A DNA stretch of 63,362 bases, filler included, from Candidatus Methanoxibalbensis ujae (GTDB taxonomy: Archaea; Halobacteriota; Syntropharchaeia; Alkanophagales; Methanospirareceae), in assembly GCA_026134085.1 (NCBI GenBank). It is 3 parts of 3 records of this genome, joined end to end, with 100 filler letters (N's around TTAATTAATTAA, not from the genome) between each part and the next. Parts side by side here need not be neighbours in the genome. Positions count along the whole stretch, not along the records: positions 21,542 to 42,459 come from JAOQIN010000031.1; positions 42,560 to 63,362 come from JAOQIN010000032.1; 1 more part is not named here. The stretch is one strand, 5' to 3'. Made by a program: the position numbers and the translations under genes. Numbering within the stretch: position 1 is the stretch's first letter; every line of letters starts with the position of its first letter. Below the pieces are notes generated by a model. That model saw only the letters and a program-made list of their open reading frames with translations. It had not been told where the DNA came from and did not search any database. Positions 42,089 through 52,590 of this stretch are shown here, piece after piece.

Positions 42089-42459
42089 GTAAACTACTCC
42101 CTGCTATCGCAGGGTTATAGGTCATAAGCCCTAAGGCGCACCCTCTGGCATCAGGGAGCGTCGCCCTAATTCCAATGTTCGCAGATGCATTGAAATCTGC
42201 ATTGTAGGTGTGTCGGCAATGTTCGCAAAAGAAAGTTGCATCGGTTCTCAAACCTTGAGAACCGCAGAGATGGCATGTCTTAGATGTGTTTCTAGGAGAA
42301 ACAAGCTTAACTCTTATCCCTTCCCAATTCGCCTTATAAGTGGTGTATTTGACAATCTTACCTCTCACCCAATTGCCGATTCTTCTGTTGTTCTTTCTGG
42401 AATTTTTGCCTTTAACAGGATGCAATCCCCTGAGATTCTCCATCGCTATCATAGCTTTG
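42089..42459 (-). mobile_element. tnpB: IS200/IS605-family element: 3' part of tnpB plus right end; 5' part lost at the contig end
   Basis: MENL (RuvC-II), SPRNTSKTCHLCG..CEHC zinc finger, NADFNASANI (RuvC-III). End GGGAGTAGTTTAC is shared with the copy at 1-77. Confidence 0.9.
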
Positions 42460-42559
42460 NNNNNNNNNNNNNNNNNNNNNNNNNNNNNNNNNNNNNNNNN
42501 NNNTTAATTAATTAANNNNNNNNNNNNNNNNNNNNNNNNNNNNNNNNNNNNNNNNNNNN
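42460..42559. other. Artificial contig linker
   Basis: N44-TTAATTAATTAA-N44. Confidence 0.97.
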
Positions 42560-43533
42560 GGCATTTTGATGCCCTTAAGGAAATTTTGCGTGTTGTTGAG
42601 AATGAGAATCTGAAAGATGTGCATGAAGTTTTCATGGGCTGCTCACCCGACATAATGGGTAGTGGTCGTGGCGTTTTCCATGCACCTTTGATATCGGAGA
42701 TAAAGGAGCAGACTGCGTTCGCACATCAGTATGACATGGAGATGAACATAGTGATGAATTCAACATGTGTTGGCGGACATCATCTTACATTTGAGGGCTA
42801 CAAGATGTTTGAATGGTATTTCAACGAGTTGAACAAGGCAGAAGTTGATGCTGTCACTGTTGCTGAGCCCTATCTCATTGAGGTGTTGAGGGATTTTCCG
42901 ATAAAAAAGGTTGTGTCATGCCTCGCATATGTGGATGCACCGCAGCGTGCTGTTTTTTATGAGGAGCTCGGCGCTGATGTGATCACCGTTGACACAAACA
43001 TAAACAAAGATTTCAATCTTCTGAGAAAAATTGTCAGCGCGGTGAGCTGTGATGTGCGTGTGATCGTGAATGAAGGCTGTCTTTACAAATGTCCTTTCAG
43101 ATACGCACATTACAATCTCGCATCACACTTCAGCAGCCTGAACAGGCCAAAATCACCACCTTTCTCGCTTGATTTTTACTATGACAAGTGCATTTCAATA
43201 CGCCTCAGAGATCCCTCACAAATAATAAAATCGCCGTGGATAAGACCTGAAGACCTGAATCATTATGAGGAAATAGGCATAAAAGATTTCAAACTGTCGG
43301 GTAGAACAAAAACAGTGAACTGGATAATAAACTGCATGCGCATTTATTCGCACGGAAAATTTGACGGAAACCTGCTTGATATTCTTGATTGCCCTCAAAT
43401 ATTGCGGTATGTGTTCCACATAGACAATAAAAATCTTGAGGGCTGCATAGAACAATGGAAGAGATGCGATAAAATATGTGATGAGTGCGGGTATTGTGAT
43501 GAGATCACGAAAAAGGTGGTGTGCAGATATTAA
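42560..43533 (+). CDS. Peptidase U32 family Fe-S protein, 5'-truncated by the gap
   Basis: GSGR, NEGCLYKCPFR..H, C, WIRPEDL, KLSGR, C-terminal CxxxCxxCxxC; frame is open back to the contig start. Confidence 0.85.
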
Positions 43534-43641
43534 ACAGCTTGGCGCATTTGTGAGGGCGGCGATGTAAGAAGCAGAAAGCGGAAAAAAGAAGCAGAAAGCT
43601 GATGAGGAGTAAAGAGAGCTTCTGGACGGCGGGAGGAGATA

Positions 43642-44010
43642 ATGTTGAAGGAGCGGATGATTGAGTGGCGGAAGAGGGTTGAGGAGGAGCTGAGGAAACT
43701 TGTGTGGGGCGTGTATGTGCCTGAGATAAAAATATATGCGATGATATGTGGATGTATTGGCCTATATGTGGATACAAGAGGTCTTTATGCGGAGGATGTT
43801 GAGGTTTTCGGCGTTGATATGATGAAACTGCTTTCAGAGATGGGCAAATCATTCGGCATTCGCCCCGATATTATCTTCGCACGAAAGCTTCCCGGCTCAG
43901 AGGAGGTCGTTGTCCTGAATGTCAGGCAGCTCTGCGATGTCTGCAAATATGAATACGGCAGCACTGTTTCTCCACGACCTGATATAATCATGTTAATGAT
44001 GAATCTTTAA
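43642..44010 (+). CDS. Conserved hypothetical Cys-containing protein (CGC and CxxC)
   Basis: GGGAGGAG RBS-like sequence before the ATG; co-oriented; protein-like composition. Confidence 0.65.
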   Translation: MLKERMIEWRKRVEEELRKLVWGVYVPEIKIYAMICGCIGLYVDTRGLYAEDVEVFGVDMMKLLSEMGKSFGIRPDIIFARKLPGSEEVVVLNVRQLCDVCKYEYGSTVSPRPDIIMLMMNL

Positions 44011-44360
44011 AGATAAAATCAAAAATGCAGGTAAGCATTTGCAGCGGACAGCAGGCGAATTACATTGATTAGCTGGTATCCAATTATCGCTGAACTCTGG
44101 CGGGATCCAGAGTTGACACAGGATAGCGGCGTGTGGGTTTTTGATAAGTTGCCCGTCACAGGCACTCCCGTTGAAAATCCTCCATCAGTGTGATCTCATT
44201 GAGAATGAAAGGGAGGAGCGGGAACGAGGAGCGGGAACGCATCAACAGCGATGGGATTATGAGAGGAAGCACAAAACGGGCTGCTCACGGCGGCTGAACG
44301 CTTGCTCTTTGATCAAAAGAGATCAAAAGAGATAAGTAAAATCCGTTGAAATAGTTATCT

Positions 44361-46199
44361 ATGTCGGTGCTGTGGATAATCGGCGTTTATGTGTTTTTGA
44401 GTTACTGGCTCATTGTTCTGATTTTGGAGAGAAAAGGAATTCTGAAGCGATATAACATATCATCATTCGGTCCTGTATTGATGATAAGGACGAACAGAGG
44501 GCAGAAAATATTGGATTTGCTTGCCGAAGGTCGTTTTCGCAGAATTTTCTGGCGTATCTACGGGAATGTAGGGGTTTCACTCATGATAATAGCGATGATC
44601 GTGATGTTGGTATTGCTTATCTCAATATCTCTCAGGATTCTTTTCGCACATTCACCTCATGTGCCTGCTGCATACAACAAGCCGCAGAACATACTGCTCA
44701 TACCCGGACTGAATGAGTTCATACCGCTGTGCGGATGGATAGGTCTGATAATCGCACTTATGGCTCATGAGATATCGCATGCAGTGCTGTGCAGGGCTGA
44801 AGGAGTTCGTGTGAAATCCATGGGATTGCTCGTCGCATTGATACCAATAGGTGGATTCGCAGAGCCCGACAGCGAGCAGCTCTTCGGAAAGAAGAGCACC
44901 GAAAAGGGGGAAGAGAAAGCCGATAATGGGGAAGAAGAAAAAGAAAAGGAGGAGAAAGGTGAAGAGAAGAAAAAGGGTGATGGAAAAGAGAGGGAATCCA
45001 AAACAAACAATGATATTGAGAGAGTGGATGAGAGGGAAAGCAGAAGTAAAAGAGAAAGAGGAAGAGAAAGTGAAAGTGAAAATGAAAATGAAAATAAAAA
45101 TAAAATAAAAAAAGAAAAAAAATATGAGAAAGTTGCAACGGCAGAGGAGCGAACGAGAATTCTTGCGGCTGGAATCACATCAAACTTCTGCATTGCAATC
45201 ATTTCTTTCTTGCTTTTCTTCGCATTCCTTTCTGCTTTTAAGCCCGTGAGTGATTTCGCACCATACATATATGAGGTTGCGCCAGGAAGTCCTGCGGAAA
45301 AAGCTGGATTAAGCGCTGGAATGCTCATAACTGCTGTTGATGGACATCCTGTAGATAGTATTGATGATCTAAATATAAGGAAATCGCATGTAAATCTTAC
45401 TGTTATTGATAAAGATGGGAAAATTCAAGAAATTTTTGTGGATAACATATGTAAGGGCGTTTACATAATTGATGTTATAGAGGGATATCCGGCGCAGCGC
45501 GCTGGTATTGAAGGAGGAATGTGCATCACGGCGATAGACAACATCACTCACCCCTCATTTGAGGACTTCATTGCGTTCATGAACAGGACCCGGCCCGGTC
45601 AGACACTGCGTGTTCGTTTATGTGACGGCGGAGAGGAGAAAGTTTTTGTTGTGAACCTTACTGCCGCGCCTCATGGTGAGGAGAAAGGATTTCTCGGAGT
45701 CATTGTTGCGAACATACCACTTGGAATAGCTGTCGGATTTCCTTCAGATGCATATCTTGAGAGTCTTCGCTATATATTTTTGTCTATTTTTGCGCCTAAA
45801 TCGCTTGAGGAATGGTTTTATGTCTGGCCTGTGATACTCACTTTGCCCCTTTATCCGCCTCCTGAAGGCTTCAACAGTTTTTACCCCATGCTCTCTCAAT
45901 TTTACACACTTTCTGCATCGCTTCCGCCGGCGATTGAGGACGCATGCTTTTTCATTGCGGATGTGCTGTTCTGGACGGCATGGATAAATCTGCAGGTTGC
46001 GCTTTTCAACTGTCTGCCCGCGATACCTCTTGATGGAGGTCATGTTTTCAGGGAGGTGATGAAGTCAGCACTTTTTTTTGTGAAGGAGAAGCGCAGAAGA
46101 GAGCGCATCTCAATGGTTATTGCAGGCGTTCTGAGCATCTCAATATTCCTCCTCATAATTTTCACATTTCTGCGCTCCTTCCTCATAACATATCACTGA
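44361..46199 (+). CDS. Site-2 protease (M50) with two PDZ domains and a charged low-complexity insertion
   Basis: HEISH, GGFAEP, AAG..SN, two SPAEKAG/YPAQRAG PDZ motifs, NCLPAIPLDGG. Confidence 0.92.
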   Translation: MSVLWIIGVYVFLSYWLIVLILERKGILKRYNISSFGPVLMIRTNRGQKILDLLAEGRFRRIFWRIYGNVGVSLMIIAMIVMLVLLISISLRILFAHSPHVPAAYNKPQNILLIPGLNEFIPLCGWIGLIIALMAHEISHAVLCRAEGVRVKSMGLLVALIPIGGFAEPDSEQLFGKKSTEKGEEKADNGEEEKEKEEKGEEKKKGDGKERESKTNNDIERVDERESRSKRERGRESESENENENKNKIKKEKKYEKVATAEERTRILAAGITSNFCIAIISFLLFFAFLSAFKPVSDFAPYIYEVAPGSPAEKAGLSAGMLITAVDGHPVDSIDDLNIRKSHVNLTVIDKDGKIQEIFVDNICKGVYIIDVIEGYPAQRAGIEGGMCITAIDNITHPSFEDFIAFMNRTRPGQTLRVRLCDGGEEKVFVVNLTAAPHGEEKGFLGVIVANIPLGIAVGFPSDAYLESLRYIFLSIFAPKSLEEWFYVWPVILTLPLYPPPEGFNSFYPMLSQFYTLSASLPPAIEDACFFIADVLFWTAWINLQVALFNCLPAIPLDGGHVFREVMKSALFFVKEKRRRERISMVIAGVLSISIFLLIIFTFLRSFLITYH

Positions 46200-46437
46200 G
46201 AACGCAAACGCCGTTTGCATCACAGCCGCAGTGGTGGGAGGATGGAATGGTGGGTGAGGCCCTGATTTACTATGAAAACAAAAGCAATAATAATAATAAA
46301 AAATTAATAAAATTAAAATATAAAATAAAAAACAACCTGTGCATTATTTGCTTCAGCATTATTGGCTCCGTCCTGAAACTCTGATCTCACGAATGAAAGC
46401 GAAAACAGCAAAATATGAGCATAATATACAGATACAT

Positions 46438-47463
46438 ATGTCATGGGTGGAGGAAGTGAGAGATGCGCTTGACAGTTCACTGCACAGACGTGAGGGTGCC
46501 TGTGGAATATGTCACGATGTTCTTGAGATGATATGCAAGAAAGGAGGAAAAGCAGTCACTTACGAACAACCTGACGGTGTTATTGCGAAAATTTATGACA
46601 ATAAGGAGGAAGTTGTGGGTGAAGGCAGGGACATAGTGAGTGCATCTGCAATACTTTCAGCGGAATTAGATGCGGGAGTGATTCCAGAGCCTTTTGCTTC
46701 AGAGCTTTCTGCCGTCGTCACGAGCGAGGAGGATCTTCGAAGGACGGGTGAAATCTACGGCTACGGTCGTGTGATCACGCCTGCGAGCATTGCTCTTGAG
46801 GAGGCGAAGAAAATCGGAGGCAGAACGGTCATTCGCAGGGAGGGCATAGGCGTCGTCGCCCAAGCGTTTGACGCTCATGGTAACACATTCTTCAAGTCGC
46901 CAGTGTGTTATTGTCCCGTCTGTGCGGTTGTAATTGGCGCATCTCGGAACGAGGAGCTTGCAGAGAAAATAAAAGAGAGGCTCGCAGGCAAGAGGAACAC
47001 CGGAAAAATAAAGTGTGAGCAGGGAGTTGAGAACATCTACGAGATGGAGAACGGCACTGTTCTCGTCTCAATTAAGCGAGGCAATGAAGTGCTCGCAGAA
47101 AAAGTGCTCGCCTGCTGCATGGTCTACGGCATGGTGAAAGCGGAGGTTGTTGCGGGATTCTCACCAAAAGAATCCGCTCAACAGTTTAAAACTTATTGCA
47201 ATATATGCCCCTTGAAACACTGTTGGGTCGGAAAGTCCATAGGTTCGCTCGGAAATATCGTTCTGAACAGGCTTTCAGAGATCAATGTTGAGGTTGAGGT
47301 CTCAATTGATGGATTGATAAGGGCGAAAATTCCCGGAGATGGAGTGATTGAGGGCAGAGGAACACTCTGCACGCTATCTGCTCTCACGAACATGCTTCTC
47401 AGGGAAGATGCTTTCAAAATACTGCGACCCAAGCGGGGTTCTGCTCCCGAACACGAGCTCTGA
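46438..47463 (+). CDS. Hypothetical Cys-rich protein with about four internal structural repeats
   Basis: Long open frame; CGICH, CYCPVC, CC, CNICPLKHC motifs. Confidence 0.75.
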   Translation: MSWVEEVRDALDSSLHRREGACGICHDVLEMICKKGGKAVTYEQPDGVIAKIYDNKEEVVGEGRDIVSASAILSAELDAGVIPEPFASELSAVVTSEEDLRRTGEIYGYGRVITPASIALEEAKKIGGRTVIRREGIGVVAQAFDAHGNTFFKSPVCYCPVCAVVIGASRNEELAEKIKERLAGKRNTGKIKCEQGVENIYEMENGTVLVSIKRGNEVLAEKVLACCMVYGMVKAEVVAGFSPKESAQQFKTYCNICPLKHCWVGKSIGSLGNIVLNRLSEINVEVEVSIDGLIRAKIPGDGVIEGRGTLCTLSALTNMLLREDAFKILRPKRGSAPEHEL

Positions 47464-47674
47464 GAGTCAGTTGGGCGAGGCATCGGCGTTGAGTGGGAAA
47501 GGAGAAATGAGGTGGCTATGTGGCGGCGATAGTGGCGGGAGAGGATGGAATAGTGGCGAGAGAGGAGGAGAGGGGAGGAAGTGAGGGTGAAATTGGAGAG
47601 AAGAATGGAAGAGCGCAAGGGGAGTGAGTGTGAGCGTATGCGTATGATGATGTATGGGAGATGGGAGTGTGAGT

Positions 47675-48233
47675 GAGATGGAGATGGATGAGATGAAGAA
47701 GGAGTTTAATGAGCTTCTGGAGGATTTGCGTGAGATTCATTCGGATTTCAGGGTGATCTCCACGGAGAAAGTTGTGGTGGCGGAGTGGGTGCGCTGGAAG
47801 TGCATGTTTGGATGCAGGGCATACGGGAAGCATTTGAACTGTCCGCCATATTGCGATTGTTGCGAGATTTAAAGCTGAGCCCAACTATGAAGTGACGCCT
47901 TCACGCATACATCATTTCCTTTGGGATGCGATAAAGAATATGTATGACAAGATGTTTGAGATGGAGAGGCACGCATTTCTGTCGGGATACTACAAGGCGT
48001 TCGCGCTTTATGCTGTGCCATGCGCCTACTGCGACCCATGCATTCCAGAAGTGGAGGAGGACATTGATCACACAGCGAAGCGTCTCTGCCCGTTCCAACA
48101 TAAAATGAGACCTTCAATGGAAGCAACTGGCATAGATGTGTTTCAAACGGTCAGAAATGCAGGCTACAAAATAAAAGTGCTGACTTCCCCCTATGAGGAT
48201 ATCTTCTTCTTTGGACTCCTTCTGCTTGAGTAA
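47675..48233 (+). pseudogene. DUF2284-like metal-binding protein, split or frameshifted
   Basis: VRWKCMFGCRAYGKHLNCPP in one frame; CAYCDPC..CPF..RPSMEATGIDV in another. Confidence 0.75.
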
Positions 48234-49126
48234 AGGCTGACTCTCTTTCTGCGTTGCATGAATCAAAATTCCCAGAACTTGCTTCTGCTGAAGCTGCAGT
48301 CCCTCCACGCAGTGACTTCCGCTTATGTGTTCAGGTAAGTGTTCGGGAGAGGCAGGTAATGAACGAGAAAAAGGAGTTGCCCCCATGACATCCTCACGCC
48401 TGTAAACTTCCTTCTGCCTCACAGGTAGCTAAGCATGCGATTGCTACATGTCATATTTCATTTCATTCGTCACGGATGGCTATTTATTCCTTCCGATGCG
48501 GGGGAATGCCATATGCCATTTTGAGCAGCACCGTCTTAGCTCCGAGAGGAGGGATGCTATAAACCAAGCAGGACGGATGTGAAGCAAGGTCATACTTCAT
48601 CGGCAGACCTGCTGAAAGCGATGTCGAGCTCGGTTTAACAGAAGTGCAGGAAGTTCTGAGGAGATAAAGATGAGCAAATTGCCTGATGAGAGAGAGGACG
48701 CAGGGACAAGAAGATGAGGAGGAGGGTAAATGAAGAGGAAGGGCGATGAAATCGCAGAGGGCGTCTCGGAATATGGCGAAGGTGCTCCTGGAGGCTCTAC
48801 CGTTCAGACAATATCTGCAAGAAGCACAAACGCAATCACCAGAGATTTTGGAAAGTTCTGTAAGGGTGGTGCGATTTTCATGTCTGACGGCTACTATTTC
48901 CTGTATTCAGATGCGGAGATTAAGAGTTTTATTCTCCCGCAATCTCTCTCATCTCATTTGCTCAAAAACGCTTTATAACTCTCAAATTTTGACAAAGAAA
49001 TGTTAAAGTAAGGAGGAGTAGTAACAGATACAGCTATTATTTCATGCTCTTTCATATTCTCCTCACCAAAAATCAGCTCAATGTTTTGTTCATTACAGTA
49101 TTATGTCTGCCACCTCACAGAATTTC

Positions 49127-49218
49127 ATATAACGTTTGCGGATAAAAGAAGTTGGTGAGCTGGCGAGCCAATTTGGGTGAAGACCTGCAAGGGCTGAACC
49201 GTTTATCTACTGTTAGGC
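49127..49218 (-). other. Complete attC-like recombination site (92 bp)
   Basis: Minus strand reads GCCTAAC...AGATAAA...TTTATCC...GTTATAT (R''-L''-L'-R'). Confidence 0.75.
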
Positions 49219-49254
49219 GACGGAACGGAGTGAAGCGAAAGTGCAACGTCCTCC

Positions 49255-50075
49255 TAAGTAATTTTGGCGTCTACCATATTTCCCCATTATTCAATAATTT
49301 TTTCACTTGTTGATAGATTTCTAATACCAAATCTCAATAAGAGTAATACTGCAGTAACAATGATTATGGCGCTCATAACAGATGCAAGAACAAACATATC
49401 TAAAGAGGATACAATATTCCATAATACGTGCCAGATAATCGTCATAAACACGCTTCCTTTTGTACTATTGAAGATAAAAGTAAAATGAATTGAACAGATA
49501 AAAGTCCCAAATAAAAGTCAATCAGCATATCGATGCTAAAATCAAATCTGTAAAAAAACATCGGAAAGTGCCAGAGAAACCAAAAAATTGACAATATAAA
49601 AGTTGCAGTCAAAGCATTAAATTTTTTCTGCAAATAAGGCAACGCAAATCCTCTCCAACCAATTTCTTCAAATATTCCATATGAAATCAAAGGCAATATC
49701 CATAAAAAAGTGGAAATTGGAGAAAAGAGATTATCTGTAATAAATTGTCTAAAATCTAACCAACTACCGGATATAAAATAGCCTATTGGCAGAGATACTA
49801 ATAAAAGAAAAATAGGACTAATGGCAACTAATATCCATCCGAATCCGACTTGATACTTAATGATTTTGTTTTTTAGTCTTGAAATACCCCTATTTTTTTC
49901 TGTTATATAAATCATTATGAAAGCAGAGATTGATGGACCAAACGCTCCAAGAAAATGCCAATTTTCAGAAATAGTGTGTGTAATAATTGGCAACAACAAA
50001 GTCCATGTAATTACATATGCAATTATAAAGTAACTTACAAGTGGATTCCTTTTAAATAATAATTTAATTATATTA
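49255..50075 (-). pseudogene. CPBP/Abi (CAAX) intramembrane protease, no clear start, frameshift at ~49500
   Basis: EEIGWRG, FLWH; C-terminus IIWHVLWN in another frame. Confidence 0.75.
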
Positions 50076-50078
50076 TCC

Positions 50079-50213
50079 TCAATCGAGCTCTTCTATTACA
50101 TTACGAGGTAAAACAGGCATCATTGCACCTGTATCAATGACCGCTTCGACCTCCCTTGTTTTCGTTGAGTCAAACAGGCTCGTGAATTTTACCTTCTCTA
50201 TCACCTTTCCCAT
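50079..50213 (-). pseudogene. Truncated clan AA (retropepsin-like) aspartyl protease
   Basis: MGKVIEKVKF...EVEAVIDTGA..VLP then an early stop; GGAGG upstream. Confidence 0.65.
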
Positions 50214-50268
50214 TTCAATCCCTCCTTGTATTTTAGATGTTGTAATTTAAATACTCTGTTTTGCAATG

Positions 50269-50318
50269 GCGTATATGCTCCAAGCACGGAGCGAAGCGGA
50301 GCACATATTCTGTTAGAC
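50269..50318 (-). other. attC-like site with an internal deletion
   Basis: R'' GTCTAAC (plus-strand GTTAGAC); ATATGCTCC/GGAGCACATAT inverted repeat; GCGAAGC motif. Confidence 0.55.
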
Positions 50319-50339
50319 GCTGTTTGCCATTAAACTTAA

Positions 50340-51233
50340 CTACTGAGATTGATTATCCCACACTTCGATCTTCTCGGTGTTTATTAGCTTCTTCTTCATA
50401 ATCAAGACCAATATAAAGAAAGTTAAGGATATAAGAATCATCCTCAGGTTTAATAATTCATTTACTCCTGTAACTGTTTGCATGTGTACAAAGTTCAGAA
50501 CTGTATTATTAAACGTATGGGCAAACCAAGAGCCCCACAAACTATTGGTTTGTATATAGATCATGCCCCATGTATACCCCATAAGAGTGGCTAAGAGTAT
50601 ATAGCCCAAAGAAATTAAAGAGGCATTAAATATGTCCATCTGCCCATCTAATACTGATTTTATCGGCCACACTATATGCCATATGCCAAATAGAAGTGCT
50701 TGAAATAAATTAGCTTTAGTCAGTGTTATCTTACTCCCCAATAATGGTAACATTACTCCTCTAAATAAACCTTCTTCCGCAAATGAATTCACTACATTAC
50801 CCATAACAAGCCAAAATGCCAGCACTGGTCCTCCAGTAACAGCCCATCCTGCATTTAAACTATGACCCATTGGTATGAATCTAAGTACTGGATCATATCC
50901 CTCAACTGATAGATATAGAAATTCTGAGGAGTATGCAATTGTAAACGCTGCGATAATTGGAATTAACCCTATCATCATATTAAATCTCAAATTATTGAAA
51001 TGAAAACCGATGTTATCTATACCTTTTCCTGCTAAATACAGAAAGGTAAGTATTAAAAGAATAACACAAATCTTTGATACAGCAATTTCTCCCCAAGCAT
51101 CCTCTGTCTGCAAAAAGAATATATCTGCCGTTCTAAAGACAAAGGCTATGAGAAACAGAGAAATGCAAATTATTATGGGTTTTTTCATTATACTATTTTT
51201 GATTTGGTCCATTTTATCCTCCTCATCTATCAC
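50340..51233 (-). CDS. CPBP/Abi (CAAX) family intramembrane glutamic protease
   Basis: EEGLFRG, FGIWH, HTFNN, multiple hydrophobic segments. Confidence 0.88.
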   Translation of the reverse strand: MIDEEDKMDQIKNSIMKKPIIICISLFLIAFVFRTADIFFLQTEDAWGEIAVSKICVILLILTFLYLAGKGIDNIGFHFNNLRFNMMIGLIPIIAAFTIAYSSEFLYLSVEGYDPVLRFIPMGHSLNAGWAVTGGPVLAFWLVMGNVVNSFAEEGLFRGVMLPLLGSKITLTKANLFQALLFGIWHIVWPIKSVLDGQMDIFNASLISLGYILLATLMGYTWGMIYIQTNSLWGSWFAHTFNNTVLNFVHMQTVTGVNELLNLRMILISLTFFILVLIMKKKLINTEKIEVWDNQSQ

Positions 51234-51301
51234 CTATCTTGAAACTTAACTAGTTTAGACGCCTTCCAAATGACACAAGACGTAACCATAAGGCAAATGG
51301 C

Positions 51302-51375
51302 GTATAACGTTTTGCTGACATACGAAGTTCGCTTGCGAATTTTGGCGGAGCGTGGCCGTATGTCCGCTGTTATCG
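51302..51375 (-). other. Complete attC-like site (74 bp)
   Basis: Minus strand reads CGATAAC-AGCG-GACATACG...CGTATGTC-AGCAAAAC-GTTATAC. Confidence 0.78.
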
Positions 51376-51395
51376 GAAGTCCCGCATCTCATCTA

Positions 51396-52430
51396 TTATA
51401 CCTCCAGTATATCACCTCTAAAACCAAATCTTTCGAGGAGGCGTCTGGCATTATTTATACATCCAGCAGTGCTATAATGTACTTCGATATATAATCCATT
51501 GGATAATCTTTTTGGCGCTCTAAAGCTATCTCCATATCTGTGTTTGGGCTCTGTATTTATCAAGTGGCGTTTTCTTCCGATTGGTATTGGGCAATCACTT
51601 ACTTTTAGTTTTCCTTTCCGTATAAGCCACTCTGCTGTGTTTGTTAATATTTCATAGGAATTTCTTATCTCAAAAACATCGCTACCTATTTTCATTTTTC
51701 TTGGCTGTCCTCCTCCCCACATAGTTGTTTCTGGCGGAGATATATACTCAGGTTCTTCTATTGGAGTGATCAATTCTTTGATTCTTTCTTTGAGAAAATC
51801 CTCAATTTCTATAGGTTCAAATTCAAATTTATAATCAGAATATTCTTCTTTAATTAATTTCTCAAAAACAGGAATTAGTCCTTTAATAATTTTTTCTGGT
51901 TCATCGACCAAAGATTGCCAAATTTCGTCCAGTATTTGGAGTTTCTTTATAAGTTTCTCGATATTATCGATATTATCCTTAGAAATAGTACACAATCTTC
52001 TTATGCTCGATGTTAATTCATCACTTTCGATGTCTGTTTTCCAAACTATTCTCTCAGACATCGTAGTTCCCTCCTGAAAAGCTCTAAAAAGTATCCAAAT
52101 AACTCCATTAGTTAAAACTCCATATTTCATACCTTCACCAAAACAATATTTTGCTAATTGGCGAATAACATCCTTTTGTTCTATATCTACCGATAATTTT
52201 TTTGCTTCAATGAACAGAACTTTCTTTCCATTTTTTAAAAGGGAATAATCAGGGATACCTTCTTCTGTTGAGATATTCGGTTGCACCTCTTCCGGATTCT
52301 CGGGATTCCATCCCAAAGCCCTTAATATTGGATTTACTATCTGATTTCTGACTGCCATTTCGTTTTGCTCATATAAAAAGCTATACTTTTTCATTCTCTT
52401 AACAACCATTTTTAATGTTTCTTTAAGCAT
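51396..52430 (-). CDS. HsdR_N-like PD-(D/E)xK nuclease fused to a C-terminal putative DNA-recognition domain
   Basis: PILRALGW, PDY, FIEAK, QLAKY, LTNG..W. Confidence 0.8.
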   Translation of the reverse strand: MLKETLKMVVKRMKKYSFLYEQNEMAVRNQIVNPILRALGWNPENPEEVQPNISTEEGIPDYSLLKNGKKVLFIEAKKLSVDIEQKDVIRQLAKYCFGEGMKYGVLTNGVIWILFRAFQEGTTMSERIVWKTDIESDELTSSIRRLCTISKDNIDNIEKLIKKLQILDEIWQSLVDEPEKIIKGLIPVFEKLIKEEYSDYKFEFEPIEIEDFLKERIKELITPIEEPEYISPPETTMWGGGQPRKMKIGSDVFEIRNSYEILTNTAEWLIRKGKLKVSDCPIPIGRKRHLINTEPKHRYGDSFRAPKRLSNGLYIEVHYSTAGCINNARRLLERFGFRGDILEV

Positions 52431-52461
52431 CTTCTTCGCCCCCTATTTTTTGTGGGATTTC

Positions 52462-52546
52462 GGATAATGTTATGAGGATATGTGAAGTTTGCTGTAGACA
52501 AATTTGGCCGTAGCCGAAGGCGAAGCCACATATCCTCCTGTTGTTC
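52462..52546 (-). other. attC-like site
   Basis: Perfect 11-bp inverted repeat GAGGATATGTG/CACATATCCTC, bounded by GGATAAT and GTTGTTC. Confidence 0.68.
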
Positions 52547-52590
52547 AAGTGCGATAGCACCGAAGTGGAGAGTCGGACGAAGTGGGCGCA

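Noticed and set aside
41853..42459. TnpB as a Cas12f effector for the CRISPR array
   Set aside because: It is on a different contig, has an IS-type right end present in two copies, and the array repeat looks Class 1.
41993..42600. tnpB element apparently inserted into the 5' end of the U32 gene
   Set aside because: The two sides are on different contigs joined by a linker, so adjacency is unproven.
46498..46515. CxxCH (CGICH) as a c-type heme site
   Set aside because: Single motif near the N-terminus with no signal peptide; more likely a metal ligand.
48420..49010. Short ORFs and a weak internal similarity (~48461 versus ~48876)
   Set aside because: Probably decayed gene fragments; no family recognisable.
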